A stretch of DNA of 46,731 nt from Altibacter sp. (GCA_028285705.1 JANQOS010000079.1:1-46731), one strand, 5' to 3'; counted from the stretch's first letter, positions 1 through 9,194 are shown. The notes: a model not told the origin generated them from the letters alone. Made by a program: numbers and translations.

Positions 1-2028
1 GAACCGGCAGATACATCTTTAAAAGAGGCAAAAGACAAAAGATCTGGTCAAAACCCGGTTGTTATTGGTAAAGACCCTCAAACAGAAAATGATTATTTGG
101 CCAGTAATCCGCATCCTTTGAAAGGAAAGATACAAAGTAGAAACTTACTTTTTGAATTTGAAGCTTCTGCTTCGGGTTCCTCACCAACAGACCCTTCATT
201 AGGTGTAGGCCCTAACCACGTTTTATCTGTATTTAATACAGGATTTAGAATTTTTGATAAAACCGGAACTCCATTGACAGGTCAATTAGGCCCTACCAAC
301 ATTTTTTCCGGTGGAGGTTGTTGTGATCTTACCGTATCTTATGACGCAGCTGCAGACAGATGGGTTTTAAGTTATTTATGGTCTAGTAACGGTCAAATTC
401 AAGTTGCCGTATCCGATGGTCCCGACCCGGTGAATGACGGATGGTATGTTTATACCATTCCAAATGTGAATGATTACAATAAACTCTCAGTATGGAGTGA
501 CGGATATTATGTAACTGCCAATGTAGCGGGTTCTAACAGAGTATGGGCTTTAGAGAGAGCCGAGATGCTTTTAGGAAATGCTGCAGCGGGAGTTCAGACG
601 TTCAACCTTCCGGGAATAGCTACCAGTGGATTTTATAGCCCTCAGGCTTTAAACGTGACAGATGATAACATGCCAGCTGCCGGAGGTGCGACTATTGTAT
701 ACTTACAGGATGACGCCTGGGGTGGAGTAGCAACAGACCATGTAAAATATTGGACGATAGATGTAGATTGGGCTACCCCTGGTAACTCTACTGTTTCTGC
801 TGCTACAGAGATTGCTTTAACACCATTTATCTCAGTATTTGATGGAGGAAGTTTCTCAAACTTATCTCAACCCGGAGGTGGAGCTTCCATAGATGCTTTA
901 CAAGCAACAATTATGAACCAGGCACAGTTCAAAAAATTCCCTGGATACAATTCCGCATTGTTCAACTTTGTAGTAGATACAGATGCTACAGCTGTTGAAC
1001 TTGCAGGTGTACGTTGGATGGAATTTCGTCAAACTGCAGATAACCAGCCTTGGACCTTATTCCAGGAAGGTACGTATACTGCTCCGGATGGAAGACATGC
1101 ATGGCACGCAAGTTTAGCTATGGATGAGCAAGGAAATATTGGTATGGGATATACGAGTATGGCAGGGCCCACTACTCCAAATCCAACAGATTTTAGAGTT
1201 AGTACTTATTATACGGGAAGATTTGCTGCAGACCCTGCAGGAACAATGACTGTTGCAGAAACTTTAATTAAAGCTGGAACTAATAATATTCCAAACTTCA
1301 GATACGGAGATTATTCAAAAATAGATGTCGATCCTGCAGATGATAAAACATTCTGGTTTATCAATGAAATTGCAAACCCAGGAAGAAGAGATCATGTAGG
1401 TGTATTCCAAATTGCTCCTAGTTTTGCAAATGATGTAGGAGCTGTTAGTATAGATGCACCTGTAGATGGCGCATTGACCAGTGCAGAATCAGTAACCGTT
1501 ACTATTTTCAATTATGGTGTTGATCCGCAATCAAATATTCCGATAAACTTGACAATAGATGGTAATAGCATTGCTGATGAAGTGTTTGCAGGTCCATTGG
1601 CTTCTTCTGCTTCTGCTCAATATACATTTACTGCAACAGGAGACTTTTCAACTCCTAGCCAGACCTATGTTGTAGAAGTTACTACGAACCTAGCCGGTGA
1701 CCAGGAAAATTCAAATGACAGCACAACGAAAAGTATTACCAATACTACTTTAGGTACTGAAGATAATGTTGTTAAAGATTCTGATCTAATGATCGTTGAC
1801 AAAGGAAATAATCATTTTGATGTGTCATTGCAAACTACTATCACTGAACCGCTTACTTTAACTGTTTCCAATATTCTTGGACAAACATTGCTAAGTAGTA
1901 GTATTGACAATGAAAATGGAAAAGGATATTTCTATAGCTTAGATATGTCTTATGCTGCTTCCGGAGTATACATAGTAAGACTTGGAAATAACAAAGCAGG
2001 TAATTCCAAAAAGATAATTGTTAAGTAA
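1..2028 (+). CDS. Secreted multidomain protein with T9SS C-terminal sorting domain; 5' end lies outside the window (tandem paralogue of 2674..5592)
   Basis: Frame 1 is open from base 1 (EPADTSLKEAKDKRSGQNPVVIGKDPQTENDY...). This stretch aligns with EEPKDGRSSRNKVIIGKDKQTEDDY of the 972-aa paralogue, so the TTG at 97 in the ORF track is not the true start. It has a conserved ~440-aa N-terminal region, one CARDB-like module and a C-terminus ...SGVYIVRLGNNKAGNSKKIIVK typical of type-A T9SS CTDs. Confidence 0.85.
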   Translation, partial: EPADTSLKEAKDKRSGQNPVVIGKDPQTENDYLASNPHPLKGKIQSRNLLFEFEASASGSSPTDPSLGVGPNHVLSVFNTGFRIFDKTGTPLTGQLGPTNIFSGGGCCDLTVSYDAAADRWVLSYLWSSNGQIQVAVSDGPDPVNDGWYVYTIPNVNDYNKLSVWSDGYYVTANVAGSNRVWALERAEMLLGNAAAGVQTFNLPGIATSGFYSPQALNVTDDNMPAAGGATIVYLQDDAWGGVATDHVKYWTIDVDWATPGNSTVSAATEIALTPFISVFDGGSFSNLSQPGGGASIDALQATIMNQAQFKKFPGYNSALFNFVVDTDATAVELAGVRWMEFRQTADNQPWTLFQEGTYTAPDGRHAWHASLAMDEQGNIGMGYTSMAGPTTPNPTDFRVSTYYTGRFAADPAGTMTVAETLIKAGTNNIPNFRYGDYSKIDVDPADDKTFWFINEIANPGRRDHVGVFQIAPSFANDVGAVSIDAPVDGALTSAESVTVTIFNYGVDPQSNIPINLTIDGNSIADEVFAGPLASSASAQYTFTATGDFSTPSQTYVVEVTTNLAGDQENSNDSTTKSITNTTLGTEDNVVKDSDLMIVDKGNNHFDVSLQTTITEPLTLTVSNILGQTLLSSSIDNENGKGYFYSLDMSYAASGVYIVRLGNNKAGNSKKIIVK
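1429..1740 (+). repeat. CARDB-like beta-sandwich module (1 copy in this paralogue)
   Basis: NDVGAVSIDAPVDGALTSAESVTVTIFNYG...NSNDSTTKSI matches the two modules in the downstream paralogue (NDLGAV...TVTIFNYG...NDE). Boundaries are approximate. Confidence 0.5.
1750..2025 (+). other. T9SS (Por) C-terminal sorting domain
   Basis: The last ~90 aa (LGTEDNVV...FDVSLQ...LTVSNILGQTLL...YSLDMSYAASGVYIVRLGN...KKIIVK) have the beta-sandwich CTD pattern of Bacteroidota T9SS cargo. Confidence 0.75.
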
Positions 2029-2058
2029 CTCTTAAGAATTTATTATAAATAAGTTATT

Positions 2059-2088
2059 AGAGCGGAGTATTTTACTCCGCTCTTTTTT
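2059..2088. terminator. Bidirectional Rho-independent terminator between convergent genes
   Basis: Perfect 11-bp stem AGAGCGGAGTA (2059-2069) / TACTCCGCTCT (2073-2083) followed by a T-run 2083-2088. The stop codon and last codons of the minus-strand lipoprotein gene lie inside the stem. Confidence 0.8.
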
Positions 2089-2428
2089 GTATATCCTTGA
2101 TGCTAACCGGAGTAGCATTATCACAACGATTCATCATTCGAAGCCCGCTATAAGTAACCCAAACCTTCATTCCATCACTCTTATAACTTTTATCAAGATT
2201 GATAGGGTCTAACAAATAAGGGACATCGCCTTCCATTTTTAAAGTATACGGACAATCACCTTCTTTTGTAGAAGCTATAACAGTAGCTTTTTTATACCCG
2301 GCTTCCATCATTTTTTTAGCTTCCTTAGCAGTTTCTGTTTTAGAAGAAGAACTTTCATCTACGTTAGCTGAGCCACAAGACATTATTGCTAAAGACAAAA
2401 TTGCTAATGAGGTTTTAATAAATGTCAT
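2072..2428 (-). CDS. Small lipoprotein of unknown function
   Basis: 118-aa ORF with a lipoprotein signal (MTFIKTSLAILSLAIMSCGS; Cys at the lipobox), then a Ser/Lys-rich linker and a globular part with 2 Cys. It sits between the two cargo paralogues on the opposite strand. Confidence 0.7.
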   Translation of the reverse strand: MTFIKTSLAILSLAIMSCGSANVDESSSSKTETAKEAKKMMEAGYKKATVIASTKEGDCPYTLKMEGDVPYLLDPINLDKSYKSDGMKVWVTYSGLRMMNRCDNATPVSIKDIQKRAE

Positions 2429-2548
2429 AATTATATTTTTTTGTGTTTTATATGCTGTTAAATTACAAATAATGTGCCGCTTAATAACTATGGTTGAAAA
2501 CCTTTAACCTTTTTAACGGGAAATCCCTATTAAACTAATAGGAAATAA

Positions 2549-2585
2549 AATTTGTAACATATTAAAAATCAATATATTACAAATT
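2549..2585. promoter_or_regulatory. 15-bp imperfect inverted repeat (14/15) with 7-nt spacer; candidate operator in a divergent promoter region
   Basis: AATTTGTAACATATT (2549-2563) versus the reverse complement of AATATATTACAAATT (2571-2585), with one mismatch. A third half-site, ATTACAAAT, is at 2462-2470. Confidence 0.4.
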
Positions 2586-2673
2586 ATAATTTATCAAAAA
2601 TTACCATTGTATATTAAAAAAATGTTGGTACTTTAGAAACCCTTAAATTATTTATTTATATAAACCCTTATTT

Positions 2674-5592
2674 ATGAAATCAAAAATTTCTCTTGCATTG
2701 TTGCTTTTTGCCTTTATTTTTACGGCAAATGCACAAGAAAATGAAGAAGCCGGCGCATCATATGTTGGAACGGTTGGCTCAATGAGAATAGTGCCTTCTT
2801 TGGCATCTAGAACGACCCTAAATCCTGCTATACCTTTAACCGAAGAACCTAAAGATGGAAGATCTTCAAGAAATAAAGTTATAATTGGGAAAGATAAACA
2901 AACTGAAGATGACTATTTTTTCAGAAATCAAGACCCCTTAACTCAAAAATTACAAGGAAAAGCTCCTTCTTTGGTGTTTGACCTTAACAATACTGTAGGC
3001 CCACCGTCTGACCCTTCTTTGGGAGTTGGCCCAAATCATGTATTCATGGTCTATAACACCGGATTTATGATTTACGATAAAGCGGGAACTGATCTTACAG
3101 GACCTCTTAATGTGAACAATATTTTTTCTAACGGAGGTTGTTGTGACCTTACCGTATCTTATGACAATGCTGCAGACAGATGGGTAGTTAGCTATTTATT
3201 TGTGGGGGCGGGAGCGGAAATTGCCGTTTCCGACGGACCGGATCCAATTACAGCGAGCTGGTATTTATACAGCATTCCTCAGATCAATGATTACCAAAAG
3301 CTTTCAGTTTGGAGTGACGGATATTATATTACCGATAATACTTCTTCCAGTAATAAAGTATGGGCATTAGAAAGAGATGAAATGTTAGCTGGAAATGCTG
3401 CTGCCGGTATACAAGGATTTGACTTAACCGGAATCGCGACAAGTGGTTTTTATAGTCCGCAGGCACTTAATGTAAGTGACGGGAATATGCCTGCCGCCGG
3501 AAGTGCACCTATTATTTATTTACAAGATGATGCATGGGGCGGAGTAGCAACAGATCATATTAAGATATGGACAATTGACGTAGACTGGGCGACACCTGGA
3601 AATTCAACTATTTCCGCACCTAACGAACTGGTAACTACACCATATATTTCAGTTTTCGACGGCGGAAGTTTTTCAAACCTTACACAACCGGGTGGAGGAA
3701 CACCAATTGATGCCTTACAAGCTACCATTATGAACCAGGCACAGTTTAGAAAATTTGCCGGACATAATTCAGCAGTATTCAACTTTGTGATAGATGTAGA
3801 TGCTACTGCCGGAGAACACGCTGGTATTCGTTGGTATGAATTACGCCAGGCAGGCGATGGACAGCCATGGAGTATTTTCCAGGAAGGAACCTATACCGCT
3901 CCAGGAGACAAGCATGCATGGCACGCCAGTATGATGATGGACGTACAAGGGAACATTGGTATGGGGTACTCTGGAATGACCATAGACCCTAATGATCCTA
4001 ACCCAATACAAGTAAGCTCTTACTATACTGGAAGATTTGCAGCGGACCCTATCAATACAATGACCATTGCCGAAGAACTGATCGCAAACGGAAATCAAAA
4101 TATTCCGGGATTTCGCTATGGAGATTACAGTAAAATAGACGTAGACCCTAATGATGATAAAACATTCTGGTTTATCAATGAATATATGAACAATGGTGGA
4201 GCTAATGTTGTTGGAGTATTTAAAATTGCACCTAATTTTAATAATGATCTTGGTGCGGTGAATTTGGATAACCCTGTTACAGGAACACTTACCAATGCCG
4301 AAACAGTTACAGTTACTATTTTTAACTACGGTCAACTTGATGCTTCAGGATTCAATGTAACCTACCAGATAGATGGAGGTCCCGTAGTTTCAGAACCTTA
4401 TGTTGGTACTATTCCTACATCAACATCTGCGCAATTCACATTTGCCGCTACAGCAGATTTATCTACTGTTGGACAAACCTACTCAATTACTGTAGGTACT
4501 GTATATGCAGCAGATGAGGATAATGCCAACGATGAAATAACAGTAGATGTGACCCACTTACAACCCAATGACCTGGGGGTAGTTTCCATTAGTTCACCTA
4601 CCTCCGGAGTTGGCCTGACCAATGCAGAACAAATTACTGTTGAGATCAATAACTTTGGTGGAGCTACACAATCCAATTTTGATGTAACATATAATTTGGA
4701 TGGTAGCGATGTAACGGAAGTTGTTGCAGGACCACTTCCAGGAAATACGTCAATGTCATATACATTTACTCAAACTGGTGACTTCTCTGCTCTGGGATCC
4801 TATAATTTAAGTGCTACTACTTCTTTAGGAGGAGATAGTGATACTTCAAATGATGAGACTTCTGTGGTAGTTGTTAATTCCAACTGTCAACCAACAGCAG
4901 ACTGTTCTCTTGGCGACGGATTCCAATTGTTTAGTGTAGCTAATATTAATAACCCTTCTGCATGTGAAGGCTATGGAGATTTCACCAACCTTGTTGCCAA
5001 TATGGAACAGGACACAACGTATGACCTTACGGTAACTACAGGATATGGAGATCAATTTGTAACAGTATGGATCGATTTTAACGATGATTTTGTATTTACT
5101 ACGGATGAAGTTGTTGTAGATAACTATGAAATTGCCGATGGTCAGGCAGGAGGATCTTATACCGAAACAATGGACTTGGTAATTCCTGCTGGAGCTGCTC
5201 TTGGACAACACATTATGAGAGCAAAAACAAATTGGGATGCTCCGGTACCTGCTGATGCCTGTGAAGAAACTCAGTATGGTGAGACCGAAGACTACTCTGC
5301 AAGCATTGGTACTTTGGGTGTTAATGATAATGTTCTGGCCGATGCAGATTTTACTGTTATTGAAACAGGAAACAACATTTTTGATGTTACTTTAAGTAAT
5401 ACCAGCTACGATGATAAACTTGAATTACAGGTTTACAATGTATTAGGGCAAAGATTACTTTACTATAGATTAGAGAAAGAAAATGATTCTTATAACTACC
5501 AACTGGATATGTCTTACGCTTCCAGTGGTGTATATTTAGTAAAACTAGGAACTGCAAACGGAGGAAAAGTAAAACGTATAGTTGTTAAATAA
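2674..5592 (+). CDS. Secreted multidomain T9SS cargo protein (unknown N-terminal domain, 2 CARDB-like modules, GEVED-type domain, CTD)
   Basis: 972-aa ORF with signal peptide MKSKISLALLLFAFIFTANAQ. The N-terminal ~440 aa are highly similar to ORF 1..2028. It also has a GEVED-like motif (QYGETEDY) and the C-terminal sorting signal ...SGVYLVKLGTANGGKVKRIVVK. Confidence 0.9.
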   Translation: MKSKISLALLLFAFIFTANAQENEEAGASYVGTVGSMRIVPSLASRTTLNPAIPLTEEPKDGRSSRNKVIIGKDKQTEDDYFFRNQDPLTQKLQGKAPSLVFDLNNTVGPPSDPSLGVGPNHVFMVYNTGFMIYDKAGTDLTGPLNVNNIFSNGGCCDLTVSYDNAADRWVVSYLFVGAGAEIAVSDGPDPITASWYLYSIPQINDYQKLSVWSDGYYITDNTSSSNKVWALERDEMLAGNAAAGIQGFDLTGIATSGFYSPQALNVSDGNMPAAGSAPIIYLQDDAWGGVATDHIKIWTIDVDWATPGNSTISAPNELVTTPYISVFDGGSFSNLTQPGGGTPIDALQATIMNQAQFRKFAGHNSAVFNFVIDVDATAGEHAGIRWYELRQAGDGQPWSIFQEGTYTAPGDKHAWHASMMMDVQGNIGMGYSGMTIDPNDPNPIQVSSYYTGRFAADPINTMTIAEELIANGNQNIPGFRYGDYSKIDVDPNDDKTFWFINEYMNNGGANVVGVFKIAPNFNNDLGAVNLDNPVTGTLTNAETVTVTIFNYGQLDASGFNVTYQIDGGPVVSEPYVGTIPTSTSAQFTFAATADLSTVGQTYSITVGTVYAADEDNANDEITVDVTHLQPNDLGVVSISSPTSGVGLTNAEQITVEINNFGGATQSNFDVTYNLDGSDVTEVVAGPLPGNTSMSYTFTQTGDFSALGSYNLSATTSLGGDSDTSNDETSVVVVNSNCQPTADCSLGDGFQLFSVANINNPSACEGYGDFTNLVANMEQDTTYDLTVTTGYGDQFVTVWIDFNDDFVFTTDEVVVDNYEIADGQAGGSYTETMDLVIPAGAALGQHIMRAKTNWDAPVPADACEETQYGETEDYSASIGTLGVNDNVLADADFTVIETGNNIFDVTLSNTSYDDKLELQVYNVLGQRLLYYRLEKENDSYNYQLDMSYASSGVYLVKLGTANGGKVKRIVVK
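4243..4554 (+). repeat. CARDB-like module 1
   Basis: NDLGAVNLDNPVTGTLTNAETVTVTIFNYGQ...DEDNANDEITVDV. Boundaries are approximate. Confidence 0.5.
4567..4875 (+). repeat. CARDB-like module 2
   Basis: NDLGVVSISSPTSGVGLTNAEQITVEINNFGG...DSDTSNDETSVVV, the same pattern as module 1. Boundaries are approximate. Confidence 0.5.
4885..5300 (+). other. Cys-containing GEVED-type domain
   Basis: CQPTADCSLGDG...ACEGYGDFT...WIDFNDDFVFT...ACEETQYGETEDYSASI. The GE[VT]ED motif near the end is typical of the GEVED domain of secreted Bacteroidota proteins. This domain is absent from the upstream paralogue. Confidence 0.5.
5314..5589 (+). other. T9SS C-terminal sorting domain
   Basis: LGVNDNVLADADFTVIETGNNIFDVTL...LQVYNVLGQRLL...YQLDMSYASSGVYLVKLG...KRIVVK, parallel to 1750-2025. 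Confidence 0.75.
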
Positions 5593-5623
5593 TCTTTTCT
5601 GAAACAGATTCTATTTTAAAAAG

Positions 5624-5653
5624 AAAGGTCCTCAAGTAATTGAGGACCTTTTT
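5624..5653. terminator. Bidirectional Rho-independent terminator
   Basis: 12-bp perfect stem AAAGGTCCTCAA (5624-5635) / TTGAGGACCTTT (5640-5651) with loop GTAA. T-runs flank it on both strands, and it lies between convergent stops at 5592 and 5655. Confidence 0.85.
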
Positions 5654-5654
5654 A

Positions 5655-8600
5655 TTAGAAAAATGCTCTAAGCTGAATACTCCCGGTATGTATGGTCTTA
5701 GAGTTTTCACTTTTTCTTCCAAAGTATGAAAGGTTGGCATCTAAATATTTGGTGATCCTTTTTTGAAGCAGCAAGTTCCAGGTAAAGTTGGTGCCGGGTT
5801 GTAAACCTTCCAGCATTTGATATGCTACAGGTGAAAAAGCACTTCCCGTAAAAGCATTGCTTATAAAATTAAATTCCCCGTTTACAGAGATTTTTTGCTC
5901 ATTACTGTAAGCAAAGGATACTCCTATTTTTTGTTGTTCCAGTTGCTCCATTTCTCCCAAAGAGTTGTCTTTGTTCAAAAACCCGTAGAAAACATCAAAA
6001 CGAGTTTTTGAATTTAATAGATAAGAAACTTTAGGAGCTATTTCATAGGTTTCCAGAGTATAATTTCGCGAAACAAAGTTTTCAGAAATACTTTCATTCG
6101 TGCCCAAAGCTCCTTTAAAATTTACCAGCCAGCTTTCCCAAAATTTATGGTTAAAATTCAATTGATGACTTTCCAGTTTATTTTTTTGTAAACCTAAAGA
6201 AAGTAGATTGTTATTAGATGTTGAGATATAACTATAGCTCGTGGTATACTTTTGCTTTCCACGATTAAAGAATAATACGTTCCTGAAATTTGAAACCAAG
6301 CCCAGTTGTTCATCACCACCATCTTCAAAAGGGTTAATATTTAAGCCTTCATTTTTTCGTTCTACTTTTCGATCCAATACATAAGAGGTTTGATTGTAAA
6401 AATGTGACAAGAACTTCTTAAACCCTATACTGTTTTCCCAGGCTCTGGGATTAAGTGTAATGATTTGGCTGAATTTATTCTCCCTAATTTTTAAAAAGAT
6501 CTGGTTAGGCAACAAAATACGAACATATTCTGCTTCATCCTGAAATTGAGCTACTTCAAATTCTTCGAGGTCCTGTATTCCATCATTGTTATAATCTATC
6601 CAGGTAAAAACCCCCTCTCCAGGCTCTACTTTAACATAAGTAAATTCCTGTTGCGGAATAACTCCATTGTTTGAAGCTAAAGAAGTATTGATATTGATAC
6701 TTCCGTTTAATAGGCCTTGATTATAAAGTATCTGTGAATTAAGTGATTTCTCATCTTCATCCTCTCCATCTTCATCTTTTAAAACGCGATAGTTTGCAAA
6801 CAGAGATAGTTTTGAATTTTTACTGTTGATAAGCCGCGATTTTACAAAATAGGTGTTGGAGGTATTTACTTTTTGTAAGATAGAATTACGGACACTATCA
6901 TTTACCTGAAACCTATACCCGGCCTCAACAAAAATTTTAGTACTGTCACCAATACCCGAAAATATTTCAAATGCGTTATATTTTTGGGTCGCAAGTGTTA
7001 AACTGTCATTACGGATATTACGTATCTGGTTATCTTCAAAGTTTACTTTTCCACCGATCCAGGCTTTTTTTAAGCCATAAACAGTAGTATTATTTAACCG
7101 AAAGAATTTCGAATCCAAAGAATCACCTTCACTTTTTAAATAGCTTCCATGAGTTTGAACTTTTAGTTTGCCAAACTGAATATTAGAAGTCATTACATGT
7201 CGGGAGCCACTGAAATTTTCTGAAAATTCCAGGTTCTGAAACTCGTATCGCCCTCCTCCTTTCTTGGGATGAAAAGCTTCTATTCCTGAAATTAAGAATG
7301 TTTGATTTCCCATTGGATTTATAAGATTCCAGTCGCGATTAAATTCGATATTGTAAGTCCTTTCAATATTCCTGAAATCTTCATTCACATAATCCATCGA
7401 TGCAAAACCATTTATCTTTAAAGAATCTGCAGTGGTTATAAGTGTCTGTTGAGCTGCGACCCTGCCTGCAAACCCTTCATTGTTTCCATCATCGATTTCA
7501 GAGAATAAATTGAGGTCATTTTTACTTCCCGCAACCTCAAAAGCAATGTTTGTCTTTGCAGAAGGGCGGTAACTACCGTTAATGCCTCCAATCTGTAATC
7601 TTGTTGGAGCGGTCAATTGAATAATGGGTTCGTAGTTACCCTGTGGTATTCCATTTACGGGAGGAACATACTCAAAGATCCTGCTAATGGCACTGTTATC
7701 ACTAACGACATAATTACCCGCATTATCACCTACTAATGTAAATCGTACACTAAACAGTTCATCATTAGGATCACTGGAAAAAACAAATACTTCAACACTG
7801 TTTACAGTTTCTTTCTTATATAAGATCTTGTTTTCCGAAAACGTGTCCGGTATTGCAGAAGGTGCAGTCATTGCTTCCATAGTGTCTCCTGCAGCTTGTA
7901 AGATAGTTACCTGTTCTTCAGATAGGTTTTGTTGCAAGGGTTGATTTTTTGCATCGCTTTCAGAATAAAGGTAAACACCCAGATCTAGTTTATCATTACT
8001 GTAATTTCCCCCTCCATAACCAATGAAACGCGTATAGTTCCTGTCTGTATATTGATACTCTACGCTAATTCTCATGTTGGCATTGATAGGATAGGTAGGG
8101 TTAAATTTTAACTCTCCGGCATTGTAGTCAATTACATAGTCTTCATTTTCTCCACGTTTTAAAAGTAAGCCATTCACATACACACGCTCACTCCCTGAAA
8201 CTATTAGGATAAAGAGTTCGCCATTAGGGCCTATCAATTTATAAGGCCCCTGATTACCTTCCTGCCCCGTGAATTTACTTTCGGCAAAAACTCCTCGCAC
8301 TAAAGCTCCAGACGCAAAAGCACTTGTTCTGGAACCGTCATTATGTGTAAAGGTTCCTCCTAAAGAAATTCCCTGGACCTTTTTATTGAATCTTCCAAAA
8401 TAACTTTCTTGATTTTGAAGGTCAACATCTCCGGCACGTATGTTCCAGTTTTTGCCGTATAGCTCTATAAAGATTTGGTCGAACTCATCCAGACTCTGAG
8501 AGTAACCTCCTTCCTGTGTTGGGATATTAGCATCTTGTATAGAAGCTCTAATGGACACCTTATCACTTAGTTTTCCGGTGATCTGTAGATCCAGCTGAGA

Positions 8601-9071
8601 GTTTACGACAGCGTTTTGATTGTTGCCAATAGTAACTCCTCTGGAGATACTCCCCACAGTATTTAAACCTTCAAAAGGAGTAAACTCTCTTTGTACGGTA
8701 CTTTCTTCCAAAGAATACAATTTATCGATAGCCCCGGAATTTTCGACAATGATTTTAGAATCGAATTCGTAATAATCATTAGTTAAGAAATTGGGGTAGC
8801 GAAGATAATTTACTGTAATTGAGTCCTGAGACAGCTTTACATCTTCAGAAAGGATCAGGATTCCTTTTTTATAGTCGATCTCATAGCTTAAAGAATCGAG
8901 TATTTCTCCGGTACTGTCCATTATTTGAAACCGAGCAGGATTTATACTTACACTGTCAATTACAATAGTATCGCTGACGGCTACTTTTTTGCTGCGATAA
9001 TTTGAAGAAATATCTTGCGCAAAGCCTAAACCTGCGACAAAGAACAATAAAAGAGTAAGATATAACTTCAT
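5655..9071 (-). CDS. Large (1138 aa) outer-membrane beta-barrel protein of unknown function
   Basis: Signal peptide MKLYLTLLLFFVAGLGFAQ. Long stretches of alternating hydrophobic/polar residues rich in N/S/G/Y, and a C-terminal ...GSIQLRAFF (aromatic terminal residue typical of OM barrels). I recognise no catalytic motif. Confidence 0.75.
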   Translation of the reverse strand: MKLYLTLLLFFVAGLGFAQDISSNYRSKKVAVSDTIVIDSVSINPARFQIMDSTGEILDSLSYEIDYKKGILILSEDVKLSQDSITVNYLRYPNFLTNDYYEFDSKIIVENSGAIDKLYSLEESTVQREFTPFEGLNTVGSISRGVTIGNNQNAVVNSQLDLQITGKLSDKVSIRASIQDANIPTQEGGYSQSLDEFDQIFIELYGKNWNIRAGDVDLQNQESYFGRFNKKVQGISLGGTFTHNDGSRTSAFASGALVRGVFAESKFTGQEGNQGPYKLIGPNGELFILIVSGSERVYVNGLLLKRGENEDYVIDYNAGELKFNPTYPINANMRISVEYQYTDRNYTRFIGYGGGNYSNDKLDLGVYLYSESDAKNQPLQQNLSEEQVTILQAAGDTMEAMTAPSAIPDTFSENKILYKKETVNSVEVFVFSSDPNDELFSVRFTLVGDNAGNYVVSDNSAISRIFEYVPPVNGIPQGNYEPIIQLTAPTRLQIGGINGSYRPSAKTNIAFEVAGSKNDLNLFSEIDDGNNEGFAGRVAAQQTLITTADSLKINGFASMDYVNEDFRNIERTYNIEFNRDWNLINPMGNQTFLISGIEAFHPKKGGGRYEFQNLEFSENFSGSRHVMTSNIQFGKLKVQTHGSYLKSEGDSLDSKFFRLNNTTVYGLKKAWIGGKVNFEDNQIRNIRNDSLTLATQKYNAFEIFSGIGDSTKIFVEAGYRFQVNDSVRNSILQKVNTSNTYFVKSRLINSKNSKLSLFANYRVLKDEDGEDEDEKSLNSQILYNQGLLNGSININTSLASNNGVIPQQEFTYVKVEPGEGVFTWIDYNNDGIQDLEEFEVAQFQDEAEYVRILLPNQIFLKIRENKFSQIITLNPRAWENSIGFKKFLSHFYNQTSYVLDRKVERKNEGLNINPFEDGGDEQLGLVSNFRNVLFFNRGKQKYTTSYSYISTSNNNLLSLGLQKNKLESHQLNFNHKFWESWLVNFKGALGTNESISENFVSRNYTLETYEIAPKVSYLLNSKTRFDVFYGFLNKDNSLGEMEQLEQQKIGVSFAYSNEQKISVNGEFNFISNAFTGSAFSPVAYQMLEGLQPGTNFTWNLLLQKRITKYLDANLSYFGRKSENSKTIHTGSIQLRAFF

Positions 9072-9194
9072 TAGGTATACAACTTAACACAGCGCGGTTT
9101 ATTTTGTTGATTGTTTTTTAAAATCTTTTTGGCGATGTTCCTTGTAAAAATACAATGTTATTTAATTTAGTGGGAATTATATAAAACAGCTTAT

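Noticed and set aside
97-2028. TTG at 97 as the start codon of the first ORF
   Set aside because: The frame is open back to base 1, and the upstream residues align with the paralogue at 2674..5592. The gene is therefore truncated by the window edge and is not a 643-aa protein.
2638-2669. Two AACCCTT heptamers just upstream of the 972-aa cargo gene, resembling the -35 part of the ECF box
   Set aside because: No GTC-type -10 element follows at 16-18 nt, and the extended CATGC prefix is missing. This is probably chance in a short motif.
3555-5211. Antisense ORFs (75-164 aa) nested in the 972-aa cargo gene, and similar nested ORFs in xth, OmpA, radA, glmS, atpD, rng, mutY, gldE and others
   Set aside because: They lie entirely inside much longer ORFs with clear family signatures. 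Their translations are low-complexity or Cys/Arg-rich with no motifs, which is what frame shadows look like.
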